In this document: piece after piece, positions 48,901 through 61,500 of the stretch
How positions within the stretch are numbered: position 1 is the first letter of the stretch
How the letters are laid out: each line of letters opens with the position of its first letter
Source of the DNA: Eledone cirrhosa
Taxonomy: Eukaryota
NCBI GenBank assembly: GCA_964016885.1
Contig: OZ024743.1
Span: 95,852,001-95,916,000 of the forward strand
Direction of reading: 5' to 3'
DNA length: 64,000 nt
Translations under genes and position numbers: made by a program
Notes under the pieces: model-generated
Told to the model about the DNA's origin: nothing
Databases searched by the model: none
The model's input: the letters and a program-made list of their open reading frames with translations, nothing else

Positions 48901-51900
48901 AAGATATAGAGAAGGAAGTAATGGAAAGGCGTAGGAGGAGATAGAGAAGGAAGGAATAGAAAGGCGTAGGAAGAGATAGAGAAGGAAGGAATAGAAAGGC
49001 GTAGGAAGAGATAGAGAAGGAAGGAATGGAAAGGCGTAGGAAGAGATAGAGAAGGAAGGAATGGAAAGGTGTAGGAAGATATAGAGAAGGAAGTAATGGA
49101 AAGGCGTAGGAGGAGATAGAGAAGGAAGGAATAGAAAGGCGTAGGAAGAGATAGAGAAGGAAGGAATAGAAAGGCGTAGGAAGAGATAGAGAATGAAGGA
49201 ATAGAAAGGTGTAGGAAGAGATAAAGAAGGAAGGAAGGGAAAGGCGTAGGAAGAGATAGAGAAGGAAGGAATAGAAAGGCGTAGGAAGAGATAGAGAAGG
49301 AAGGAATAGAAATGCGTAGGAAGAGATAGAGAAGGAAGGAATGGAAAGGCATAGGAAGAGATAGAGAATGAAGGAATAGAAAGGTGTAGGAAGAGATAAA
49401 GAAGGAAGGAAGGGAAAGGCGTAGGAAGAGATAGAGAATGAAGGAATAGAAAGGTGTAGGAAGAGATAGAGAAGGAAGGAATAGAAAGGCGTAGGAAGAG
49501 ATAGAGAAGGAAGGAATGGAAAGGCATAGGAAGAGATAGAGAATGAAGGAATAGAAAGGTGTAGGAAGAGATAAAGAAGGAAGGAAGGGAAAGGCGTAGG
49601 AAGAGATAGAGAAGGAAGGAATAGAAAGGTGTAGGAAGAGATAGAGAAGGAAGGAATAGAAAGGCGTAGGAAGAGATAGAGAAGGAAGGAATGGAAAGGT
49701 GTAGGAAGAGATAGAGAAGGAAGTAATGGAAAGGCGTAGGAAGAGATAGAGAAGGAAGGAATGGAAAGGTGTAGGAAGAGATAGAGAAGGAAGGAATGGA
49801 AAGGCGTAGGAAGAGATAGAGAAGGAAGGAATGGAAAGGCGTAGGAAGAGATAGAGAATGAAGGAATAGAAAGGTGTAGGAAGAGATAAAGAAGGAAGGA
49901 AGGGAAAGGCGTAGGAAGAGATAGAGAAGGAAGGAATAGAAAGGCGTAGGAAGAGATAGAGAAGGAAGGAATAGAAAGGTGTAGGAAGAGATAGAGAAGG
50001 AAGGAATAGAAAGGTGTAGGAAGAGATAGAGAAGGAAGGAATGGAAAGGCGTAGGAAGAGATAGAGAAGCAGGAATAGAAAGGCGTAGGAAGAGATAGAG
50101 AAGGAAGGAATAGAAAGGCGTAGGAAGAGATAGAGAAGGAAGGAATAGAAAGGTGTAGGAAGAGATAGAGAATGAAGGAATAGAAAGGTGTAGGAAGAGA
50201 TAGAGAAGGAAGGAATGGAAAGGCGTAGGAAGAGATAGAGAAGCAGGAATAGAAAGGCGTAGGAAGAGATAGAGAAGGAAGGAATAGAAAGGTGTAGGAA
50301 GAGATAGAGAAGGAAGGAATAGAAAGGTGTAGGAAGAGATAGAGAAGGAAGGAATAGAAAGGTGTAGGAAGAGATAGAGAAGGAAGGAATAGAAAGGTGT
50401 AGGAAGAGTTAGAGAAGGAAGGAATGGAAAGGCGTAGGAAGAGATAGAGAAGGAAGGAATAGAAAGGTGTAGGAAGAGTTAGAGAAGGAAGGAATGGAAA
50501 GGCGTAGGAAGAGATAGAGAAGGAAGGAATAGGAAGATGTAGGAAGAGATAGAGAAGGAAGGAATGGAAAGGTGTAGGAAGCGATAGAGAAGGAAGGAAT
50601 GGAAAGGCGTAGGAAGAGATAGAGAAGGAAGGAATAGGAAGATGTAGGAAGAGATAGAGAAGGAAGGAATGGAAAGGCGTAGGAAGTGATAGAGAAGGAA
50701 GGAATGGAAAGGCGTAGGAAGAGATAGAGATGGAAGGAATAGGAAGATGTAGGAAGAGATAGAGAAGGAAGGAATGGAAAGGCGTAGGAAGAGATAGAGA
50801 AGGAGGAATAGAAAGGCGTAGGAAGAGATAGAGAAGGAAGGAATGGAAAGGTGTAGGAAGAGTTAGAGAAGGAAGGAATGGAAAGGCGTAGGAAGAGATA
50901 GAGAAGGAAGGAATAGAAAGGTGTAGGAAGAGTTAGAGAAGGAAGGAATGGAAAGGCGTAGGAAGAGATAGAGAAGGAAGGAATAGAAAGGTGTAGGAAG
51001 AGATAGAGAAGGAAGGAATGGAAGGCGTAGGAAGAGATAGAGAAGGAAGGAATAGAAAGGCGTAGGAAGAGATAGAGAAGGAAGGATTGGAAAGGTGTAG
51101 GAAGCGATAGAGAAGGAAGGAATGGAAAGGCGTAGGAAGAGATAGAGAAGGAAGGAATAGGAAGATGTAGGAAGAGATAGAGAAGGAAGGAATGGAAAGG
51201 CGTAGGAAGTGATAGAGAAGGAAGGAATGGAAAGGCGTAGGAAGAGATAGAGATGGAAGGAATAGGAAGATGTAGGAAGAGATAGAGAAGGAAGGAATGG
51301 AAAGGCGTAGGAAGAGATAGAGAAGGAGGAATAGAAAGGCGTAGGAAGAGATAGAGAAGGAAGGAATGGAAAGGTGTAGGAAGAGTTAGAGAAGGAAGGA
51401 ATGGAAAGGCGTAGGAAGAGATAGAGAAGGAAGGAATAGAAAGGTGTAGGAAGAGATAGAGAAGGAAGGAATGGAAAGGCGTAGGAAGAGATAGAGAAGG
51501 AAGGAATAGAAAGGCGTAGGAAGAGATAGAGAAGGAAGGCTTGGAAAGGTGTAGGAAGAGATAGAGAAGGAAGGAATAGAAAGGCTTAGGAAGAGATAGA
51601 GAAGGAAGGAATAGAACAGCGTAGGAAGAGATAGAGAAGGAAGGAATAGAAAGGTGTAGGAAGAGATAGAGAAGGAAGGAATAGAACAGCGTAGGAAGAG
51701 ATAGAGAAGGAAGGAATAGAAAGGCGTAGGAAGTGATAGAGAAGGAAGGAATAGAAAGGTGTAGGAAGAGATAGAGAAGGAAGGAATAGAAAGACGTAGG
51801 AAGAGATAGGGAAGGAAGGAATAGAAAGGTGTAGGAAGAGATAGAGAATGAAGGAATAGAAAGGTGTAAGAAGAGATAAAGATGGAAGGAAAGGAAAGGC

Positions 51901-54599
51901 GTAGGAAGAGATAGAGAAGGAAGGAATAGAAAGGCGTAGGAAGAGATAAAGAAGGAAGGAAGGGAAAGGCGTAGGAAGAGATAGAGAAGGAGGAATAGAA
52001 AGGCGTAGGAAGAGATAGAGAAGGAGGAATAGAAAGGCGTAGGAAGAGATAGAGAAGGAGGAATAGAAAGGCGTAGGAAGAGATAGAGAAGGAAGGAATG
52101 GAAAGGCGTAGGAAGAGATAGAGAAGGAAGGAATAGAAAGGCGTAGGAAGAGATAGAGGAGGAAGGAATAGAAAGGCGTAGGAAGAGATAGAGAAGGAAG
52201 GAATGGAAAGGCGTAGGAAGAGATAGAGAAGGAAGGAATGGTAAGGCGTAGGAAGAGATAGAGGAGGAAGGAATAGAAAGGCGTGGGAAGAGATAGAGAA
52301 GGAAGGAATGGAAAGGTGTAGGAAGAGATAGAGAAGGAAGGAATGGTAAGGCGTAGGAAGAGATAGAGAAGGAAGGAATAGAAAGGCGTAGGAAGAGATA
52401 GAGAAGGAAGTAATAGAAAGGCGTAGGAAGAGATAGAGAAGGAAAGAATAGAACAGCTTAGGAAGAGATAGAGAAGGCTGGAATAGAAAGGCGTAGGAAG
52501 AGATAGAGAAGGAGGAATAGAAAGGGGTAGGAAGAGATAGAGAAGGAGGGATAGAAAGGCGTAGGAAGAGATAGAGAAGGAAGGAATGGAAAGGCGTATG
52601 AAGAGAGAGAGAAGGAAGGAATGGAAAGGCGTAGGAAGAGATAGAGAAGGAAGGAATAGAAAGGCGTAGGAAGAGATAGAGAAGCAAGGAATGGAAAGGC
52701 GTAGGAAGAGATAGAGAAGGAAGGAATGGAAAGGCGTAGGAAGAGATAGAAAAGGAAGGAATGGAAAGGTGTAGGAAGAGATAGAGAAGGAAGGAATGGA
52801 AAGGCGTAGGAAGAGATAGAAAAGGAAGGAATGGAAAGGCTTAGGAAGAGATAGAGAAGGAAGGAATAGAAAGGTGTAGGAAGAGATAGAGAAGGAAGGT
52901 ATAGAAAGGCGTAGGAAGAGATAGAGAAGGAAGGAATAGAAAGGCGTAGGAAGAGATAGAGAAGGAAGGAATAGAAAGGCGTAGGAAGAGATAGAGAAGG
53001 AGGAATAGAAAGGTGTAGGAAGAGATAGAGAAGGAGGAATAGAAAGGCGTAGGAAGAGATAGAGAAGGAAGGAATAGAAAGGTGTAGGAAGAAATAGAGA
53101 AGGAATGAATGGAAAGGTGTAGGAAGAGATAGAGAAGGAAGGAATGGAAAGGCGTAGGAAGAGATAGAAAAGGAAGGAATGGAAAGGTGTAGGAAGAGAT
53201 AGAGAAGGAAGGAATGGAAAGGCTTAGGAAGAGATAGAGAAGGAAGGAATAGAAAGGCGTAGGAAGAGATAGAGAAGGAAGGAATAGAAAGGTGTAGGAA
53301 GAAATAGAGAAGGAATGAATGGAAAGGTGTAGGAAGAGATAGAGAAGGAAGGAATGGAAAGGCGTAGGAAGAGATAGAAAAGGAAGGAATGGAAAGGTGT
53401 AGGAAGAGATAGAGAAGGAAGGAATGGAAAGGCGTAGGAAGAGATAGAGAAGGAAGGAATGGAAAGGTATAGGAAGAGTTAGAGAAGGAAGGAATGGAAA
53501 GGCGTAGGAAAAGATAGAGAAGGAAGGAATAGAAAGGCGTAGGAAGAGATAGAGAAGGAAGTAATAGAAAGGCGTAGGAAGAGATAGAGAAGGAAAGAAT
53601 AGAACAGCGTAGTAAGAGATAGATCAGGAAGGAATAGAAAGGCGTAGGAAGAGATAGAGAAGGAAGGAATAGAAAGGTGTAGGAAGAGATAGAGAAGGAA
53701 GGAATGGAAAGGCGTAGGAAGAGATAGAAAAGGAAGGAATGGAAAGGTGTAGGAAGAGATAGAGAAGGAAGGAATGGAAAGGCTTAGGAAGAGATAGAGA
53801 AGGAAGGAATAGAAAGGTGTAGGAAGAGATAGAGAAGGAAGGTATAGAAAGGCGTAGGAAGAGATAGAGAAGGAGGAATAGAAAGGCGTAGGAAGAGATA
53901 GAGAAGGAAGGAATGGAAAGGCGTAGGAAGAGAGAGAGAAGGAAGGAATGGAAAGGCGTAGGAAGAGATAGAGAAGGAAGGTATAGAAAGGCGTAGGAAG
54001 AGATAGAGAAGGAAGGAATAGAAAGGCGTAGGAAGAGATAGAGAAGGAGGAATAGAAAGGCGTAGGAAGAGATAGAGAAGGAAGGAATAGAAAGGCGTAG
54101 GAAGAGATAGAGAAGGAAGTAATAGAACTCTCTAGGAAGAGATAGAGAAGGAAGGAATAGGAAAACGTAGGAAGAGATATAGAAGGAATGAATGGAAAGG
54201 CATAGGAAGAGATAGAGAAGGAAGGAATAGAAAGGCGTAGGAAGAGATAGAGAAGCAAGGAATGGAAAGGCGTAGGAAGAGATTGAGAAGGAAGGAATGG
54301 AAAGGCATAGGAAGAGATAGAGAAGGAAGGAATGGAAAGGCGTAGGAAGTGATAGAGAAGGAAGGAATAGAAAGGCGTAGGAAGAGATATAGAAGGAATG
54401 AATGAAAGGCGTAGGAAGAGATAGAGAAGGAAGGAATAGAAAGGCGTAGGAAGAGATAGAGAAGCAAGGAATGGAAAGGCGTAGGAAGAGATAGAGAAGG
54501 AAGGAATGGAAAGGCATAGGAAGAGATAGAGAAGGAAGGAATGGAAAGGCTTAGGAAGAGATAGAGAAGGAAGGAATAGAAAGGTGTAGGAAGAGATGG

Positions 54600-57500
54600 A
54601 GAAGGAGGAATAGAAAGGCGTAGGAAGAGATAGAAAAGGAGGAATAGAAAGGCGTAGGAAGAGATAGAGAAGGAAGGAATGGAAAGGCGTAGGAAGAGAG
54701 AGAGAAGGAAGGAATGGAAAGGCGTAGGAAGAGATAGAGAAGGAGGAATAGAAAGGCGTAGGAAGAGATAGAGAAGGAGGAATAGGAAAACGTAGGAAGA
54801 GATATAGAAGGAATGAATGGAAAGGCTTAGGAAGAGATAGAGAAGGAAGGAATAGAAAGGCGTAGGAAGAGATAGAGAAGCAAGGAATGGAAAGGCGTAG
54901 GAAGAGATAGAGAAGGAAGGAATGGAAAGGCATAGGAAGAGATAGAGAAGGAAGGAATAGAAAGGCGTAGGAAGAGATATAGAAGGAATGAATGGAAAGG
55001 CGTAGGAAGAGATAGAGAAGGAAGGAATAGAAAGGCGTAGGAAGAGATAGAGAAGGAAGGAATATAAAGGCGTAGGAAGAGATAGAGAAGCAAGGAATGG
55101 AAAGGCGTAGGAAGAGATAGAGAAGGAAGGAATAGAAAGGCGTAGGAAGAGATAGAGAAGGAAGGAATAGAAAGGCTTAGGAAGAGATAGAGGAGGAAGG
55201 AATATAAAGGTGTAGGAAGAGATAGAGAAGCAAGGAATGGAAAGGCGTAGGAAGAGATAGAGAAGGGAGGAATAGAAAGGCGTAGGAAAAGATAGAGAAG
55301 GAAGGAATAGAAAGGCGTAGGAAGAGATAGAGAAGCAAGGAATGGAAAGGCGTAGGAAGAGATAGAGAAGGAAGGGATGGAAAGGTATAGGAAGAGTTAG
55401 AGAAGGAAGGAATGGAAAGGCGTAGGAAAAGCTAGAGAAGGAAGGAATAGAAAGGCGTAGGAAGAGATATAGAAGGAAGGAATATAAAGGCGTAGGAAGA
55501 GATAGAGAAGGAAAGAATAGAACAGCGTAGGAAGAGATAGAGAAGGAAGGAATAGAAAGGCGTAGGAAGAGATAGAGAAGGAAGGAATAGAAAGGTGTAG
55601 GAAGAGATAGAGAAGGAAGGAATGGAAAGGCGTAGGAAGAGATAGAAAAGGAAGGAATAGAAAGGTGTAGGAAGAGATAGAGAAGGAAGGTCTAGAAAGG
55701 CGTAGGAAGAGATAGAGAAGGAAGGAATAGAAAGGCGTAGGAAGAGATAGAGAAGGAGGAATAGAAAGGCGTAGGAAGAGATAGAGAGGAGGAATAGAAA
55801 GGCGTAGGAAGAGATAGAGCAGGAAGTAATAGAACTGCCTAGGAAGAGATAGAGAAGGAAGGAATAGGAAAACGTAGGAAGAGATAGAGAAGGAAGGAAT
55901 GGAAAGGCGTAGGAAGTGATAGAGAAGGAAGGAATAGAAAGGCGTAGGAAGAGATAGAGAAGCAGGGAAGGGAAAGGCATAGGAAGAGATAGAGAAGGAA
56001 GGAATAGAAAGGTGTAGGAAGAGATAGAGAAGGAAGGAATGGAAAGGTGTAGGAAGAGATAGAGAAGGAAGGAATGGAAAGGCATAGGAAGAGTTAGAGA
56101 AGGAAGGAATAGAAAGGTGTAGGAAGAGATAGAGAAGCAGGGAAGGGAAAGGCATAGGAAGAGATAGAGAAGGAAGGAATAGAAAGGCGTAGGAAGAGAT
56201 AGAGAAGGAAGGAATAGAAAGGCGTAGGAAGAGATAGAGGAGGAAGGAATGGAAAGGCGTAGGAAGAGATAGCGAAGGAAGGAATAGAAAGGGGGAGGAA
56301 GAGATAGAGAAGGAAGTAATGGAAAGGCGTAGGAAGAGATAGAGAAGGAAGGATTGGATAGGTGTAGGAAGAGATAGAGAAGGAAGGAATGGAAAGGCGT
56401 AGGAAGAGTTAGAGAAGGAAGGAATAGAAAGGTGTAGGAAGAGATAGAGAAGGAAGGAATAGAAAGGCGTAGGAAGAGATAGAGGAGGAAGGAATGGAAA
56501 GGCGTAGGAAGAGATAGCGAAGGAAGGAATAGAAAGGGGGAGGAAGAGATAGAGAAGGAAGTAATGGAAAGGCGTAGGAAGAGATAGAGAAGGAAGGATT
56601 GGATAGGTGTAGGAAGAGATAGAGAAGGAAGGAATGGAAAGGCGTAGGAAGAGATAGAGAAGGAGGAATAGAAAGGCGTAGGAAGAGATAGAGAAGGAAG
56701 GAATGGAAAGGCGTAGGAAGAGATAGAGAAGGAAGGAATGGAAAGGTGTAGGAAGAGTTAGAGAAGGAAGGAATGGAAAGGCGTAGGAAGAGATAGAGAA
56801 GGAAGGAATGGAAAGGCGTAGGAAAAGATAGAGAAGGAGGAATAGAAAGGCGTAGGAAGAGATAGAGAAGGAAGGAATAGAAAGGTGTAGGAAGAGATAG
56901 AGAAGGAAGGAATAGAACAGTGTAGGAAGAGATAGAGAATGAAGGAATAGAAAGGCGTAGGAAGAGATAGAGAAGCAAGGAATGGAAAGGCTTAGGAAGA
57001 GATAGAGAAGGAAGGAATAGAAAGGCGTAGGAAGAGATAGAGAAGGATGGAATGGAAAGGTGTAGGAAGAGATAGAGAAGGAGGAATAGAAAGGCGTAGG
57101 AAGAGATAGAAAAGGAGGAATAGAAAGGCGTAGGAAGAGATAGAGAAGGAAGGAATGGAAAGGCGTAGGAAGAGAGAGAGAAGGAAGGAATGGAAAGGCG
57201 TAGGAAGAGATAGAGAAGCAGGAATAGAAAGGCGTAGGAAGAGATAGAGAAGGAGGAATAGGAAAACGTAGGAAGAGATAGAGAAGGAATGAATGGAAAG
57301 GCTTAGGAAGAGATAGAGAAGGAAGGAATAGAAAGGTGTAGGAAGAGATAGAGAAGCAAGGAATGGAAAGGCGTAGGAAGAGATAGAGAAGGAAGGAATG
57401 GAAAGGCATAGGAAGAGATAGAGAAGGAAGGAATGGAAAGGCGTAGGAAGTGATTGAGAAGGAAGGAATAGAAAGGCGTAGGAAGAGATATAGAAGGAAT

Positions 57501-58500
57501 GAATGGAAAGGCGTAGGAAGAGATAGAGAAGGAAGGAATATAAAGGCGTAGGAAGAGATAGAGAAGCAAGGAATGGAAAGGCGTAGGAAGAGATAGAGAA
57601 GGAAGGAATAGAAAGGCGTAGGAAGAGATAGAGAAGGAAGGAATAGAAAGGCTTAGGAAGAGATAGAGGAGGAAGGAATATAAAGGTGTAGGAAGAGATA
57701 GAGAAGCAAGGAATGGAAAGGCGTAGGAAGAGATAGAGAAGGGAGGAATAGAAAGGCGTAGGAAAAGATAGAGAAGGAAGGAATAGAAAGGCGTAGGAAG
57801 AGATAGAGAAGCAAGGAATGGAAAGGCGTAGGAAGAGATAGAGAAGGAAGGGATGGAAAGGTATAGGAAGAGTTAGAGAAGGAAGGAATGGAAAGGCGTA
57901 GGAAAAGCTAGAGAAGGAAGGAATAGAAAGGCGTAGGAAGAGATATAGAAGGAAGGAATATAAAGGCGTAGGAAGAGATAGAGAAGGAAAGAATAGAACA
58001 GCGTAGGAAGAGATAGAGAAGGAAGGAATAGAAAGGCGTAGGAAGAGATAGAGAAGGAAGGAATAGAAATGTGTAGGAAGAGATAGAGAAGGAAGGAATA
58101 GAAAGGCGTAGGAAGAGATAGAGAAGGAGGAATAGAAAGGCGTAGGAAGAGATAGAGAGGAGGAATAGAAAGGCGTAGGAAGAGATAGAGAAGGAAGTAA
58201 TAGAACTGCCTAGGAAGAGATAGAGAAGGAAGGAATAGGAAAACGTAGGAAGAGATATAGAAGGAATGAATGGAAAGGCATAGGAAGAGATAGAGAAGGA
58301 AGGAATGGAAAGGCGTAGGAAGTGATAGAGAAGGAAGGAATAGAAAGGCGTAGGAAGAGATAGAGAAGCAGGGAAGGGAAAGGCATAGGAAGAGATAAAG
58401 AAGGAAGGAATAGAAAGGTGTAGGAAGAGATAGAGAAGGAAGGAATGGAAAGGTGTAGGAAGAGATAGAGAAGGAAGGAATGGAAAGGCGTAGGAGGAGA
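54600..58500 (+). repeat. 2476-bp-offset duplication
   Basis: ORF pair 54827..55093 and 57303..57569. GGGATGGAAAGGTATAGGAAGAGTTAG followed by GAAAAGCTAG, with TTA at 55397 and 57873. Confidence 0.85.
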
Positions 58501-61500
58501 TAGAGAAGGAAGGAATAGAAAGGCGTAGGAAGAGATAGAGAAGGAAGGAATGGAAAGGCGTAGGAAGAGATAGAGAAGGAAGGAATGGATAGGTGTAGGA
58601 AGAGATAGAGAAGGAAGGAATAGAAAGGTGTAGGAAGAGATAGAGAAGGAAGGAATAGAAAGGCGTAGGAAGAGATAGAGAAGGAAGGAATGGAAAGGTG
58701 TAGGAAGAGATAGAGAAGGAAGGAATAGAAAGGTGTAGGAAGAGATAGAGAAGGAAGGAATAGAAAGGCGTAGGAAGAGATAGAGGAGGAAGGAATAGAA
58801 AGGCGTAGGAAGAGATAGAGAAGGAAGGAATGGAAAGGCGTAGGATGAGATAGAGAAGGAGGAATAGAAAGGCGTAGGAAGAGATAGAGAAGGAAGGAAT
58901 GGAAAGGTGTAGGAAGAGTTAGAGAAGGAAGGAATGGAAAGGCGTAGGAAGAGATAGAGAAGGAAGGAATGGAAAGGTGTAGGAAAAGATAGAGAAGGAG
59001 GAATAGAAAGGCGTAGGAAGAGATAGAGAAGGAAGGAATAGAAAGGCGTAGGAAGAGATAGAGAAGGAAGGAATAGAACAGTGTAGGAAGAGATAGAGAA
59101 GGAAGGAATAGAAAGGCGTAGGAAGAGATAGAGAAGGAAGGAATGGAAAGGCGAAGGAAGAGATAGAGAAGGAAGGAATAGAAAGGCGTAGGAAGAGATA
59201 GAGAAGCAAGGAATGGAAAGGCTTAGGAAGAGATAGAGAAGGAAGGAATAGAAAGGCGTAGGAAGAGATAGAGAAGGAAGGAATGGAAAGGTGTAGGAAG
59301 AGATAGAGAAGGAAGGAATAGAAAGGTGTAGGAAGAGATAGAGAAGGAAGGAATGGAAAGGCTTAGGAAGAGATAGAGAAGGAAGGAATAGAAAGGTGTT
59401 GGAAGAGATAGAGAAGGAAGGAATGGAAAGGCGTAGAAAGAGATAGAGAAGGAGGAATAGAAAGGCGTAGGAAGAGATAGTGAAGGAAGGAATGGTAAGG
59501 TGTAGGAAGAGTTAGAGAAGGAAGGAATGGAAAGGCGTAGGAAAAGATAGAGAAGGAAGGAATAGAAAGGCGTAGGAAGAGATAGAGAAGGAAGTAATAG
59601 AAAGGCGTAGGAAGAGATAGAGAAGGAAAGAATAGAACAGCGTAGGAAGAGATAGAGAAGGAAGGAAGAGAAAGGCGTAGGAAGAGATAGAGAAGGAAGG
59701 AATAGAAATGTGTAGGAAGAGATAGAGAAGGAAGGAATGGAAAGGCGTAGGAAGAGATAGAAAAGGAAGGAATGGAAAGGTGTAGGAAGAGATAGAGAAG
59801 GAAGGAATGGAAAGGCGTAGGAAGAGATAGAAAAGGAAGGAATGGAAAGGCTTAGGAAGAGATAGAGAAGGAAGGAATGGAAAGGTGTAGGAAGAGTTAG
59901 AGAAGGAAGGAATGGAAAGGCGTAGGAAGAGATAGAGAAGGAAGGAATGGAAAGGCGTAGGAAAAGATAGAGAAGGAGGAATAGAAAGGCGTAGGAAGAG
60001 ATAGAGAAGGAAGGAATAGAAAGGCGTAGGAAGAGATAGAGAAGGAAGGAATAGAACAGTGTAGGAAGAGATAGAGAAGGAAGGAATAGAAAGGCGAAGG
60101 AAGAGATAGAAAAGGAAGGAATAGAAAGGTGTAGGAAGAGATAGAGAAGGAAGGAATGGAAAGGCGTAGGAAGAGATAGGGAAGGAGGAATAGAAAGGCG
60201 TAGGAAGAGATAGAGAAGCAAGGAATGGAAAGGCGTAGGAAGAGATAGAGAAGCAAGGAGTGGAAAGGCTTAGGAAGAGATAGAGAAGGAAGGAATAGAA
60301 AGGCGTAGGAAGAGATAGAGAAGCAAGGAGTGGAAAGGCTTAGGAAGAGATAGAGAAGGAAGGAATAGAAAGGCGTAGGAAGAGATAGAGAAGGAAGGAA
60401 TGGAAAGGTGTAGGAAGAGATAGAGAAGGAAGGAATAGAAAGGTGTAGGAAGAGAATAGAGAAGGAAGGAATGGAAAGGCTTAGGAAGAGCTAGAGAAGG
60501 AAGGAATAGAAAGGTGTAGGAAGAGATAGAGAAGGAAGGAATGGAAAGGCGTAGGAAGAGATAGAGAAGGCTGAATAGAAAGGCGTAGGAAGAGATGGTG
60601 AAGGAAGGAATGGAAAGGTGTAGGAAGAGTTAGAGAAGGAAGGAATGGAAAGGCGTAGGAAGAGATAGAGAAGGAAGGAATGGAAAGGCGTAGGAAGAGA
60701 TAGAGAAGGAGGAATAGAAAGGCTTAGGAAGAGATAGAGAAGGAAGGAATGGAAAGGTGTAGGAAGAGTTAGAGAAGGAAGGAATGGAAAGGCGTAGGAA
60801 AAGATAGAGAAGGAAGGAATAGAAAGGTGTAGGAAGAGATAGAGAAGGAAGGAATAGAACAGTGTAGGAAGAGATAGAGAATGAAGGAATAGAAAGGCGT
60901 AGGAAGAGATAGAGAAGGAAGGAATGGAAAGGCGTAGGAAGAGATAGAGAAGGAAGGAATAGAAAGGCGTAGGAAGAGATAGAGAAGCAAGGAATGGAAA
61001 GGCTTAGGAAGAGATAGAGAAGCAAGGAATGGAAAGGCGTAGGAAGAGATAGAGAAGGAAGGGATGGAAAGGTATAGGAAGAGTTAGAGAAGGAAGGAAT
61101 GGAAAGGCGTAGGAAAAGCTAGAGAAGGAAGGAATAGAAAGGCGTAGGAAGAGATATAGAAGGAAGGAATATAAAGGCGTAGGAAGAGATAGAGAAGGAA
61201 AGAATAGAACAGCGTAGGAAGAGATAGAGAAGGAAGGAATAGAAAGGCGTAGGAAGAGATAGAGAAGGAAGGAATAGAAATGTGTAGGAAGAGATAGAGA
61301 AGGAAGGAATAGAAAGGCGTAGGAAGAGATAGAGAAGGAGGAATAGAAAGGCGTAGGAAGAGATAGAGAGGAGGAATAGAAAGGCGTAGGAAGAGATAGA
61401 GAAGGAAGTAATAGAACTGCCTAGGAAGAGATAGAGAAGGAAGGAATAGGAAAACGTAGGAAGAGATATAGAAGGAATGAATGGAAAGGCATAGGAAGAG

